Position numbers and translations under genes: made by a program
The notes under the pieces: generated by a model
What the model was told of the DNA's origin: nothing
The model's input: only the letters and a program-made list of their open reading frames with translations
Databases searched by the model: none
IMG/VR virus record: IMGVR_UViG_3300006922_000014
Reading direction: 5' to 3' (one strand)
DNA length: 20,000 nt
Source of the DNA: an uncultured virus (IMG/VR IMGVR_UViG_3300006922_000014)
Lineage: Duplodnaviria; Heunggongvirae; Uroviricota; Caudoviricetes
Shown here: piece by piece, positions 8,308 to 16,413 of the stretch
How positions within the stretch are numbered: position 1 is the first letter of the stretch
Layout: every line of letters begins with the position of its first letter

Positions 8308-9579
8308 TTATTTCATTGTCATTTGGACAATCTCTGGGATCATCATTAGTTTATTAAACTTCTTTTTATTACCATTAAATATGGTACGTACAATTAAATA
8401 CTTAAGATCATTAGTAAAATAATCTTTAGTACATAATGCTTTAAGTCTATCAGTTACTTTCTGATTTATTGTATTATCCTGAGAATATACAACAGAGAAG
8501 TTACCAAGTCTTGTAGCTAAAGTAGACGCAATATCTGCACGATATGTGTCATCTTTACCAATACAACTTCTAAGCTCATTAAGAATATATTGCTCATTTT
8601 CATGTGTCAATAAATCTTTTGGTGTTACCAGCTTATCAAGTTTATTATTAATAAAGGTTGTAAACATAGAAGCAAAAGCATCACCTACACTACCTTCACC
8701 AATCATTTGAATCATACCAAGGTTATCTTCAAAGCTGTCAAAGCTTGATATTGCATTAAAGAATGTAGTAATAGATCTTGCATTTGTTTCTTGTGTTACA
8801 AGCTCTGGATGTAAAAGCAAGAAGTTAATACATCTTGTATCAATCCCTGCACCTTCTGCCCATTGTGCCCATACATTAACATCAAACTTCAAGTTAGCGG
8901 TTACATATCTGGTTTTCTGTGCACTATCTACACTGTTAACCATATAATCCCCGTTATCTGGATTTGCTGTTAAAATTATATGCCAGTCTTTTGGTAAAGT
9001 CCATGAAATATAAGATTGTCTGTCAATCAATTCCATAACTGCTTGAATAAATCTTGTATCAGCACGGTTCCAGTCATCTAGTAATAAAATACCACCAGCC
9101 TTTGCATCAGCAATCCATTCAGGAGCACAATAAGACATTCTGTTCTTACCTGTCATTTTGTATCCATTTTTTAGATACTCTTGCACGGCAAGTTCATCAA
9201 CCCATTGTCCTACTTTCTTGGTAACTGTTTGATTAAGATTAGCTAAACTAGTACCTGCAGCTCTTTGTGTTGCTGTAACCATAGACAGATTATCTTGTTG
9301 TTTTATTGCTACCTTTTTTTCTTTATACATCTGGAACTGACGTACAGGGAAGCCTACTAAATCACCTAACTCTTCTATCTGTGCTAAATTAAGTTTTACA
9401 AACTTTAGGTTATTATCTTGAGCAAGCTCTACTATAGTAGAAGTCTTACCAATACCTGATTCACCTACTACTTCTACTGATACAGAATTCTTTCCTGCTT
9501 CTTGTAGATACCTGTTGTTGGTAATTATATGATTTACAAATCCTTTTAGTTCTGTTACATTTAAATTTACTTGTGCCAT
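8308..9579 (-). CDS. MoxR-type AAA+ ATPase
   Basis: Walker A GESGIGKT; GDLVGFP; Walker B LLLDDWNRA; sensor-1 TANP; DSAQKTR (Arg finger); NARS (sensor-2). Adjacent to a vWA gene. Confidence 0.88.
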   Translation of the reverse strand: MAQVNLNVTELKGFVNHIITNNRYLQEAGKNSVSVEVVGESGIGKTSTIVELAQDNNLKFVKLNLAQIEELGDLVGFPVRQFQMYKEKKVAIKQQDNLSMVTATQRAAGTSLANLNQTVTKKVGQWVDELAVQEYLKNGYKMTGKNRMSYCAPEWIADAKAGGILLLDDWNRADTRFIQAVMELIDRQSYISWTLPKDWHIILTANPDNGDYMVNSVDSAQKTRYVTANLKFDVNVWAQWAEGAGIDTRCINFLLLHPELVTQETNARSITTFFNAISSFDSFEDNLGMIQMIGEGSVGDAFASMFTTFINNKLDKLVTPKDLLTHENEQYILNELRSCIGKDDTYRADIASTLATRLGNFSVVYSQDNTINQKVTDRLKALCTKDYFTNDLKYLIVRTIFNGNKKKFNKLMMIPEIVQMTMK

Positions 9580-9590
9580 TTTCTTTCTAA

Positions 9591-10754
9591 TTAATTAAGT
9601 TGTATTTTCTGTCCTGGTAAATCTTCATTTATACTACTCCTGCTACTATGCACCCATAATGTATTATGAGGACAGTTATCAGGAGAATATGCTTCACCAT
9701 CTGTTAAATATATAAGGGCTGTATATTGCCCTTTGTTTTCATTAAAGTGATCTATTACTGGTTGGAAGCTTGTCCCACCACGACCATGTATTTCCCAATC
9801 CTTTTTTGGATTAAATTCCTTCACGCTATTCAAGCGGGTATCACACTGTGCAACTGTAATTTTATGACCAGTCTTATGCATATGCGTAAGCTCACTAAAG
9901 AATTCCTTTAGTTCATCATTGTTTACAGATCCACTTGTGTCAACACCAACAAGTATATGATTCTTGAATTTAATCTTAAGTCCCGGATTAGCTGAATAAC
10001 GTTTATTGTATTTACGTCTCAGCTTTTTAGTATAAACTATACTAGAGTTACCTACAAATCTTCTTAGATAACCTTTCCAATCAAACTTTGGTGGTTCAAT
10101 ATGCATTAGTCTATGAATTAAATCAGCAAGCTCACCAGGCATACTACCTTGTTTCTTTTCTGTTTCCTCTGCGGCTGCTTTTAATTGATGTTCTATCTGC
10201 TTTTGAACCAACTTCTTATCAGCTTCAGGTAATTCTTCAAAATCTTTCCATGTGCTATGACAATAAGGTGACTCACCATTCATTTTATCCATTAAACTAT
10301 CTAGAGATGGGGATGTCCCGTCCTCTTGTGCCTGCTCCAAAAGTCTATAATATTCTTTTGTACCGGCTTTAGTAGGGAGGTTTAGTTCTGGGAAACTTGA
10401 TAATAATAAACCACCTTCAGGTAATTTACTTTCCAGTATGTACTGGTTTATCTCTAAATCTGCAGCTATATTAAATAGCTTATGATCACTGTAGAGATCT
10501 CTTAATATTAAATGACCAAATGCAATATGCAATAGCTCATGTTTAATTAATCCAAATCTGTGATCTTCACTGAGTTCATTATAAAACTCTGGGTTTATAG
10601 TCAATTGCATACCAATACCTTGCTTACTAACTCCTGCTGTAGGAATCTTATTGCTGTATTGCTTATTGATACCAATTAAAAAGAGCCCATAAAAGGGCTC
10701 TGTAAATATTAAACTTTTGGTTGTTCTTGCAACCTGGTCTTGTATATTTATCAT
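9591..10754 (-). CDS. DUF2201-type metallopeptidase + vWA domain protein
   Basis: HELLH zincin motif, NIAADLEIN, MIDAS VDTSGS, RGGTSF and YLTDG. Confidence 0.9.
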   Translation of the reverse strand: MINIQDQVARTTKSLIFTEPFYGLFLIGINKQYSNKIPTAGVSKQGIGMQLTINPEFYNELSEDHRFGLIKHELLHIAFGHLILRDLYSDHKLFNIAADLEINQYILESKLPEGGLLLSSFPELNLPTKAGTKEYYRLLEQAQEDGTSPSLDSLMDKMNGESPYCHSTWKDFEELPEADKKLVQKQIEHQLKAAAEETEKKQGSMPGELADLIHRLMHIEPPKFDWKGYLRRFVGNSSIVYTKKLRRKYNKRYSANPGLKIKFKNHILVGVDTSGSVNNDELKEFFSELTHMHKTGHKITVAQCDTRLNSVKEFNPKKDWEIHGRGGTSFQPVIDHFNENKGQYTALIYLTDGEAYSPDNCPHNTLWVHSSRSSINEDLPGQKIQLN

Positions 10755-11050
10755 CTTTTTATTTTTCTAAGAATATCCATGTATATATCATCTACTTTAC
10801 TTTTTTTAATGAATGCATAAATTTTATTTGTGTCTAATGAGTTAATTTTAAAGCTATATTTTACAGCTATACAAAAATCTACACGATCTTTAAACATTAA
10901 AGCTTTGGCCATAAGTCTATTAACTACTTCTTTTTCCTGGTAGTCAGTATTATTATACATATGCCAAGCCAATTCTTTATCTTCTTGTAGACCACTAAAC
11001 ATTTCTTTGTATTTAAAAAATTCATCAAGAGTTATTACTTTTTTTTTCAT
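10751..11050 (-). CDS. Small protein consisting largely of the helical motif shared with 6125..7267 and 7275..8306
   Basis: aa 4-40 KVITLDEFFKYKEMFSGLQEDKELAWHMYNNTDYQEK. ATGA overlap with the vWA gene. Confidence 0.7.
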   Translation of the reverse strand: MKKKVITLDEFFKYKEMFSGLQEDKELAWHMYNNTDYQEKEVVNRLMAKALMFKDRVDFCIAVKYSFKINSLDTNKIYAFIKKSKVDDIYMDILRKIKR

Positions 11051-11423
11051 TCTCTATTAATTCTATCCATACGCCTGGGTTCTTTTTATCATAAGTATAT
11101 TGCTCAAATGCAGGAATTATAAACTCTGCATTATCATCTTCTATCCAACCATACTTGACCATATCATCTTGCACTGTTTGTGCAGGATTTATATAATCAA
11201 ACTTATGGCGGCTGCCTCTAATAAATTCAAAAGAAATTTTTACTGGAAGCTTATGCTTCTTGAGCTCTTTCTTGAACTCTTCAGTATATTTAAGATAAAT
11301 ATCTTTAGTAGCTTTCCTGTAGTTCATTACAGCTTTGCTAGCAATAAAGTATTTACCTGTCCATCTTCTTCCGTTTTTACTAGAAGGTACATTTCCTGGT
11401 ATAAACCATCTATTGTTCTTCAT
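11025..11423 (-). CDS. RusA-like Holliday junction resolvase
   Basis: GNVPSSKN at the N-terminus; FDYINPAQTVQDDMVKYGWIEDDN (RusA DxDN...D..GxxxDD pattern); terminal PGVWIEL. Confidence 0.75.
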   Translation of the reverse strand: MKNNRWFIPGNVPSSKNGRRWTGKYFIASKAVMNYRKATKDIYLKYTEEFKKELKKHKLPVKISFEFIRGSRHKFDYINPAQTVQDDMVKYGWIEDDNAEFIIPAFEQYTYDKKNPGVWIELIENEKKSNNS

Positions 11424-11424
11424 A

Positions 11425-12402
11425 TTATTTATTTAATGTTTCTTTTAATAAGGGCTTAAGCATAGAGTGTACTTTATCAAAACCATGATTCTTCATAGCA
11501 TCTGATATATCTTTAGACATAGTTGGTACACAACCGTGTATTTTATATGTTTCTAAATATCTTTGTACAGCTTTTACGCCTGCATCATCATTATCAAATA
11601 GAGTTATAACTTTTTTATACTTCTGCTTCAGATTAAATATTATATGAGGTTTAATCATTGTATTTTCTGAATCAGGGCATATTACTTCTATATTATAACC
11701 CATACCTTTAAGACACATAGCATCTTTAAGTGAACTGCATATTACTAAATAAGGTTGATTGTATTCTAGTTGATCAATACCTTGTATATAATTCTTAACT
11801 TTATGAAACTTATGCTTTTTACTATAAGGTTGATATATTTTATATACTTCACCGTTTTTATCAAAGTAACCATAACAGCATTTGCTTCCAACTTGTAAGC
11901 TTTTATGCAAACCATTATCATCCTTGGCCATATTAAAATAATCAATTGGTTTTACATTATATTTAGTTAACATAGTTTTACCTATTCTAAATGATAACCA
12001 ATACTTTTGATCTTCAATGGTCCAATTTCTATACTTTATATAATCTATCTTCCACTTTGCTTGTGGTTTAAATGATTGATCTATTGATCCGCCTGATTGT
12101 ATAAAGTTGTTGTAGTCTTGAATTATTCTCCTGGTTGCTTGCGGATAACCTAAGTTAAATAGTAATCCAACTAAGTCAGCCTTGTTACCACCTTTACCTG
12201 TTGAGAAATCTTTAAATTTATATTGCATAATTGATTTATCAACATATATGCAGAAACTTGGTGTCTTCTCATTAGGATTAAATATAGATCTAATCTTAAT
12301 ATCTTGACCCGTAAGTTGCTCAGGTAAATCTAAATAATATTGAAATACCCAATAACTTGGTATTTCTGATTCTTCTAATTTTAAATTTTTAGTGCTGAAC
12401 AT
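11425..12402 (-). CDS. dnaG: DNA primase (Toprim, crAss-like type)
   Basis: Degenerate zinc-binding-domain-like N-terminus (EKTPSF...FKDFSTGKGG), KIYQP, ICSSLKD, PDSE and LFDNDDAG (Toprim DxD); KDISD at the C-terminus. Confidence 0.85.
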   Translation of the reverse strand: MFSTKNLKLEESEIPSYWVFQYYLDLPEQLTGQDIKIRSIFNPNEKTPSFCIYVDKSIMQYKFKDFSTGKGGNKADLVGLLFNLGYPQATRRIIQDYNNFIQSGGSIDQSFKPQAKWKIDYIKYRNWTIEDQKYWLSFRIGKTMLTKYNVKPIDYFNMAKDDNGLHKSLQVGSKCCYGYFDKNGEVYKIYQPYSKKHKFHKVKNYIQGIDQLEYNQPYLVICSSLKDAMCLKGMGYNIEVICPDSENTMIKPHIIFNLKQKYKKVITLFDNDDAGVKAVQRYLETYKIHGCVPTMSKDISDAMKNHGFDKVHSMLKPLLKETLNK

Positions 12403-12406
12403 AAAC

Positions 12407-12414
12407 CAAAGATA
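12407..12414 (-). promoter_or_regulatory. Bacteroidota-type -7 promoter element (TATCTTTG)
   Basis: Exact TAnnTTTG match between the terminator and the primase ATG, only 4 nt from the ATG. Confidence 0.6.
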
Positions 12415-12416
12415 TT

Positions 12417-12450
12417 AAAAAGAAATGGGCCCAGCATAACACTGAGCCCA
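12417..12450 (-). terminator. Intrinsic terminator
   Basis: Minus strand TGGGCTCAG-TGTTATG-CTGGGCCCA GC-rich stem followed by TTTCTTTT, downstream of the SSB-like gene. Confidence 0.85.
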
Positions 12451-12465
12451 ATCTTTAGGTTTATA

Positions 12466-13140
12466 TTATAAATCAAAGTCACTACCTGTTGAAGATACAG
12501 GCTCAAAACTATTTGTTGGTGCTGACTCTTTCTTTACAAAGGGTCTAAAATGATTTGTATTATTTCTATCAAACGTTAGTAAGTTAGAAGACTCTGCATC
12601 AATTGCTTCCAATGGCATACCATCTCTACTTCTTTTAGGTAAGAATAGATCATTGTTAACATAACCTTCTTTGTTTTCCCACTCACGTGCACCTAAACAA
12701 GCATTGATGTAACCAGTTTCTGAACAAATCTTTGCAGCTTTAATCATAAAGTCTTCAATAGTATTTGCCTCAATAGCATCTAACTCAGTTCTTTTACCAA
12801 CTACTTCAGATAAGAATACCATTGCTTTTAGAACTTCAGTATCACGACTAATCTCATTTCCATTATTTAATGTAGCATCTTTAAATGGATATGGAGAAAA
12901 TCTTACTCTACCAACTTGGCCTGCATAGCGCTCACCATTAGGATTATTCATATCTTTTAAGAATCCATTAAATTCTCCTGTAACTGGCTCTGATTCTACA
13001 TGCAATGTGATATTGTATGCTTCAGAGTCATAAGGTGTCTGATCAAATGTAATTGAGTTAATTTTCACTTTGTGATTTCCTGTTCCAATAACTGGTTTTG
13101 TCCCACCATTACCGGCAGACATGTCTTTAGTACTTAACAT
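12466..13140 (-). CDS. Probable single-stranded DNA-binding protein
   Basis: Beta-rich N-terminus (GNHKVKINSITF), low-complexity linker and acidic/aromatic tail SDFDL. Sits directly after the Sak4-like ATPase. Confidence 0.6.
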   Translation of the reverse strand: MLSTKDMSAGNGGTKPVIGTGNHKVKINSITFDQTPYDSEAYNITLHVESEPVTGEFNGFLKDMNNPNGERYAGQVGRVRFSPYPFKDATLNNGNEISRDTEVLKAMVFLSEVVGKRTELDAIEANTIEDFMIKAAKICSETGYINACLGAREWENKEGYVNNDLFLPKRSRDGMPLEAIDAESSNLLTFDRNNTNHFRPFVKKESAPTNSFEPVSSTGSDFDL

Positions 13141-13165
13141 AATTTACTTTTTTATTAATTATTAA

Positions 13166-13849
13166 TTATTGATTATACTTTTCAATACAATCTTTTACAA
13201 ACTGCAGGTCATTTGGGATAAACTTATCCTCAAACATACCCATTGGTGATTTACATGTGTTCTCTCCTGAGTTTTGTGTTTCAAAACCATATTCAAGTTC
13301 ACCATCATCATTTTTATTTACTTTACCAAATAATACTATAGAGAATAGTCCTTCTAATGTTAGAGTATTGTCAATCATTTTGCCAATAGTCTTAGCTTTA
13401 ATTTTTCTATTCCCATTTATATCAGTTGAATCTTCTGAGTGAGTCAAAAAGATTACTGTTAAATCTTCTCTTAGATCTTTAGGTAACTTAGCAACCATGG
13501 CTAAATTTGCTGCAATCTGAGTAAATTTATCATATCCTTTTTCATTTGCTCTATCAAAATATTCAAAAGAACTCATATATTGCCAATCATCTACAACTAG
13601 ATTAGTTATATGTGGCATTTTATCATTAACATGTTGTATAGCTTTAACTATACCTGCAGAAGAAGACGCTGAGGTTAAATTTCCATCTTTATTTTCTTTA
13701 CTGATTTGTGTATACTTGCTTTTCCATCCTTGAAATGGAAGTGGTTTGTTAGCAATGTTTATAATGAAAGTCTCTTTAGGGTTTAATGTTCTGATTGAGG
13801 TAGACTTTCCTGTACCTGAATCTGCAATTACCAATACGCTGTTTGCCAT
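13166..13849 (-). CDS. AAA_24/Sak4-like phage ATPase (putative recombinase)
   Basis: Walker A ADSGTGKST, VVDDWQY, GYDKF, LTHSE, KAKTIGKMID, EGLFSIVL, CKSPMGMF and IPNDL. Confidence 0.8.
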   Translation of the reverse strand: MANSVLVIADSGTGKSTSIRTLNPKETFIINIANKPLPFQGWKSKYTQISKENKDGNLTSASSSAGIVKAIQHVNDKMPHITNLVVDDWQYMSSFEYFDRANEKGYDKFTQIAANLAMVAKLPKDLREDLTVIFLTHSEDSTDINGNRKIKAKTIGKMIDNTLTLEGLFSIVLFGKVNKNDDGELEYGFETQNSGENTCKSPMGMFEDKFIPNDLQFVKDCIEKYNQ

Positions 13850-13850
13850 A

Positions 13851-14405
13851 TTACTTGTTTTTGATTATAGTTATTAATTCTTTTAATGTATTATTTAATT
13901 CATCTAGTTTATTTACTACAGGAATTAGGTCGGGAGCAGTGGAGGAAGGGAGCAGTTCATCTGGATTTGGTAAATCTGGATTAGCAAAATCTATGATTGC
14001 TTTACCTCTACTTGTTACATCATTAATAACTTTAAGTTCATTGACAGGTATTATGTGTCTGATAAAACCAGCACTTGATTGTATTAATTCATACTCATCT
14101 CTCCAATGTGGATTATGCTTATGCAAATATAACGTTCTCTTTGGATCCTCTGTATCATAATCTATAGATACAAACTCTGTGTATATATCTTCACCTTTCT
14201 CAAATTCACTGGGAAAGAAACTGATATGTAAATCATCTTTTCCAGATGGTCTATACGCCATCTTAGGTATATATAGAGAATTAATTATTCCCATTGTTTG
14301 GAAGTAATCCTCATGTTCTTCTCTGAGGGCTGCTACCTTTTGCTTTCTTTCTTGAGGTGTTAGTCCCATTCTTTTTTTATTATTTAAGTTTTTAGTATTT
14401 ATCAT
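13851..14405 (-). CDS. Hypothetical protein with C-terminal coiled coil
   Basis: 184-aa ORF with ATGA overlap to dnaB (true start may be M13). Ends NKLDELNNTLKELITII. Confidence 0.75.
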   Translation of the reverse strand: MINTKNLNNKKRMGLTPQERKQKVAALREEHEDYFQTMGIINSLYIPKMAYRPSGKDDLHISFFPSEFEKGEDIYTEFVSIDYDTEDPKRTLYLHKHNPHWRDEYELIQSSAGFIRHIIPVNELKVINDVTSRGKAIIDFANPDLPNPDELLPSSTAPDLIPVVNKLDELNNTLKELITIIKNK

Positions 14406-15358
14406 CTGCGTTCTTGTTGTCCTGGTGTTAACATTTCTTCTATTTGCATTTGTTCAAACTTTGCTTTAAAGAATGACATACGTGCATCACCATTTCTGGC
14501 TTTTAAAAAATGTAGCACCAATGTTCTATCATTTTCTATTATATATCTATCAGGCCCATAGTATCTGATCTTCTGCTTAGCTGGCCGGTTAATACCAATC
14601 AACATATCTGCATGTTGTAACATTGCATCTGAGCCAAATATATCTGACTCAAGTATATAATTACCATACTTACCATCTATAGCTCTGTCTGGATTATCTA
14701 TATTCCTATTTAGCTGTGATAAAGCTATAAATAAACATGGATAATCTCTTTTACATTGTGTAAAGAACTCACCTAATTCAAATAACATATCTAAACTACT
14801 ATTCTGATAGGGTGCTCTCTTTACAAGCATTGTATGATCTAATGTTATAATAGTATTTACACCTTTATGTAAAGTCATATACTGATCAATTTGCTCACGC
14901 ATTTGATTTACAGTCATAGGTGTACTAATTATATCAACCGGGTGCTTTACTCTTTCTTTTGCATACTGATGACATTTGTTTAATTCATTAGTACCTAATA
15001 CAGATCCTGCACTACATAATTCTTTATATGTCTTGCCGGTTATAGAACTGAATTCTCTAATAGCTGATGTTCTACCAACCATCTCAAATTGAAATTCTAA
15101 TACTCTAAATTTATCATTTGGATTTAATGCAAAAGACTCTCTTATAATTTGATCTTTAATTAATGTTTTACCTGAACCAGGTCTACCACCAATTACTGTC
15201 AATGTATTCCACTCTAATCCATCTGTAGCAGCATCATTAAACTTAGGCCAAGGTGTATATATAGATTTCTCTTCCCCTGTAGATCTCCTGTACATGTACT
15301 TAAGAGCTTCATTAAAGGCTGCATATTGCCCAACCCATGCTTCTGATGTTTTTTTCAT
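14402..15358 (-). CDS. dnaB: DnaB-like (SF4) replicative helicase, motor domain only
   Basis: H1 GGRPGSGKT, H1a FQFEM, H2 TLDH, H3 LSQLNR, H4 GSDAMLQHAD and KARNG. Confidence 0.9.
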   Translation of the reverse strand: MKKTSEAWVGQYAAFNEALKYMYRRSTGEEKSIYTPWPKFNDAATDGLEWNTLTVIGGRPGSGKTLIKDQIIRESFALNPNDKFRVLEFQFEMVGRTSAIREFSSITGKTYKELCSAGSVLGTNELNKCHQYAKERVKHPVDIISTPMTVNQMREQIDQYMTLHKGVNTIITLDHTMLVKRAPYQNSSLDMLFELGEFFTQCKRDYPCLFIALSQLNRNIDNPDRAIDGKYGNYILESDIFGSDAMLQHADMLIGINRPAKQKIRYYGPDRYIIENDRTLVLHFLKARNGDARMSFFKAKFEQMQIEEMLTPGQQERR

Positions 15359-15945
15359 ACTACGTTTTCTTTAAAGTGTTCATCTTCTGTGCTTACTCCG
15401 TCAACTATCATATCACAATAATCAGCTAATCTAGAATGTTTAACTCTATGCTTATCTTGTTTAGATATAAAGTATTGACTTGTCTGCATATACAAGTAGT
15501 CTGCATCTCTATACTCATTCACATACATTCTGGTTGCTTTTATTATATCATCCCATGTATGATCATAAGTTTCAAAGAACCATCTAAAATTTTCTCCTAA
15601 TGCTTTAACATTATTTCTTGCTGGATTACCGCTTGGTAGTTTCTTAGCAGGAAATATTTCTCTATAAGTATGGATCTTATCATTAAAGTCCTTACCCATG
15701 AGTTGTATATCAGTTTTCTTTTTAGCTTTAATAAAATAGTTATCTAGCTTTGCACAAAATGCTTTTGCATCTGGTGTCATTTTATAAAGACCATCCTCTA
15801 GAGTGAGCATGTTCATTTTTAATAAATATTCTTTGTCTTCAGATAATGAATTAGGTAATGATACGCCTTGCTTCATTCCAAATAGGATCAACGCTTGGTT
15901 TGGTGTTATCTTTACTTTCATTATCTTCTGAAATAGTTCCCACAT
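15355..15945 (-). CDS. Hypothetical protein, possible replication initiator/helicase loader
   Basis: wHTH-like N-terminus (ITPNQALIL...YKMTPDAK), YREIFP and YMQTSQYFI. Translationally coupled to dnaB. Function inferred from position only. Confidence 0.55.
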   Translation of the reverse strand: MWELFQKIMKVKITPNQALILFGMKQGVSLPNSLSEDKEYLLKMNMLTLEDGLYKMTPDAKAFCAKLDNYFIKAKKKTDIQLMGKDFNDKIHTYREIFPAKKLPSGNPARNNVKALGENFRWFFETYDHTWDDIIKATRMYVNEYRDADYLYMQTSQYFISKQDKHRVKHSRLADYCDMIVDGVSTEDEHFKENVV

Positions 15946-16360
15946 ATTTTTCTAAGTGTTTTAAAGTGTTATCATGAGCATCCATAACTTTTTTATCATT
16001 TGTAAAAAATCCATTTTCAATCATTGTACATGAATTGATGATGGTTGCATGGTTGCGTTTTAAAAATCTACCTATACTACTTTTAGTATGTCCTTCCTTG
16101 TGTGCCAAGTAAGACATTACCTGTACATATACAAGGTAATCTCTGAATCTAGTCCTATGCTGTAGATTTTTAACTCTACTAAATTTTGGTTCATTCTCAT
16201 GTAGAGCTGCTAATGCACTGTCATGAAATATACCTAAAGGAATCCTTTTGTTTTTTTCTTGGGGGGTGTAAATATACAATTTTACTCCATAAGATGTATA
16301 AAAAGATTTTTTAAATTCAGCAATATCTTGCTTCTGGTTAAGTTCCTGGTTATTAGCCAT
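15851..16360 (-). CDS. DnaA C-terminal (domain IV)-like HTH protein
   Basis: RTRFRDYLVYVQVMSYLA...SSIGRFLKRNHATIINS matches the DnaA domain IV signature (R..R...MYL...IG..F..RDHTTV). Confidence 0.75.
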   Translation of the reverse strand: MANNQELNQKQDIAEFKKSFYTSYGVKLYIYTPQEKNKRIPLGIFHDSALAALHENEPKFSRVKNLQHRTRFRDYLVYVQVMSYLAHKEGHTKSSIGRFLKRNHATIINSCTMIENGFFTNDKKVMDAHDNTLKHLEKYVGTISEDNESKDNTKPSVDPIWNEARRIIT

Positions 16361-16382
16361 TTATATTAAAATTTAAGGTTAT

Positions 16383-16413
16383 CAAAGATAGTAAAATTTA
16401 CCATTCTATACAA
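16383..16413 (-). promoter_or_regulatory. Bacteroidota sigma-A-type promoter (TTG-N20-TATCTTTG)
   Basis: Minus strand TTG at 16413-16411, a 20-nt spacer, then TATCTTTG at 16390-16383, upstream of the ATG at 16360. Confidence 0.7.

Noticed and set aside
13141..13170. AT-only TTATTAATTATTAATTATT stretch as a possible origin
   Set aside because: Only about 25 nt of ordinary AT-rich intergenic spacer, with no iterons nearby.
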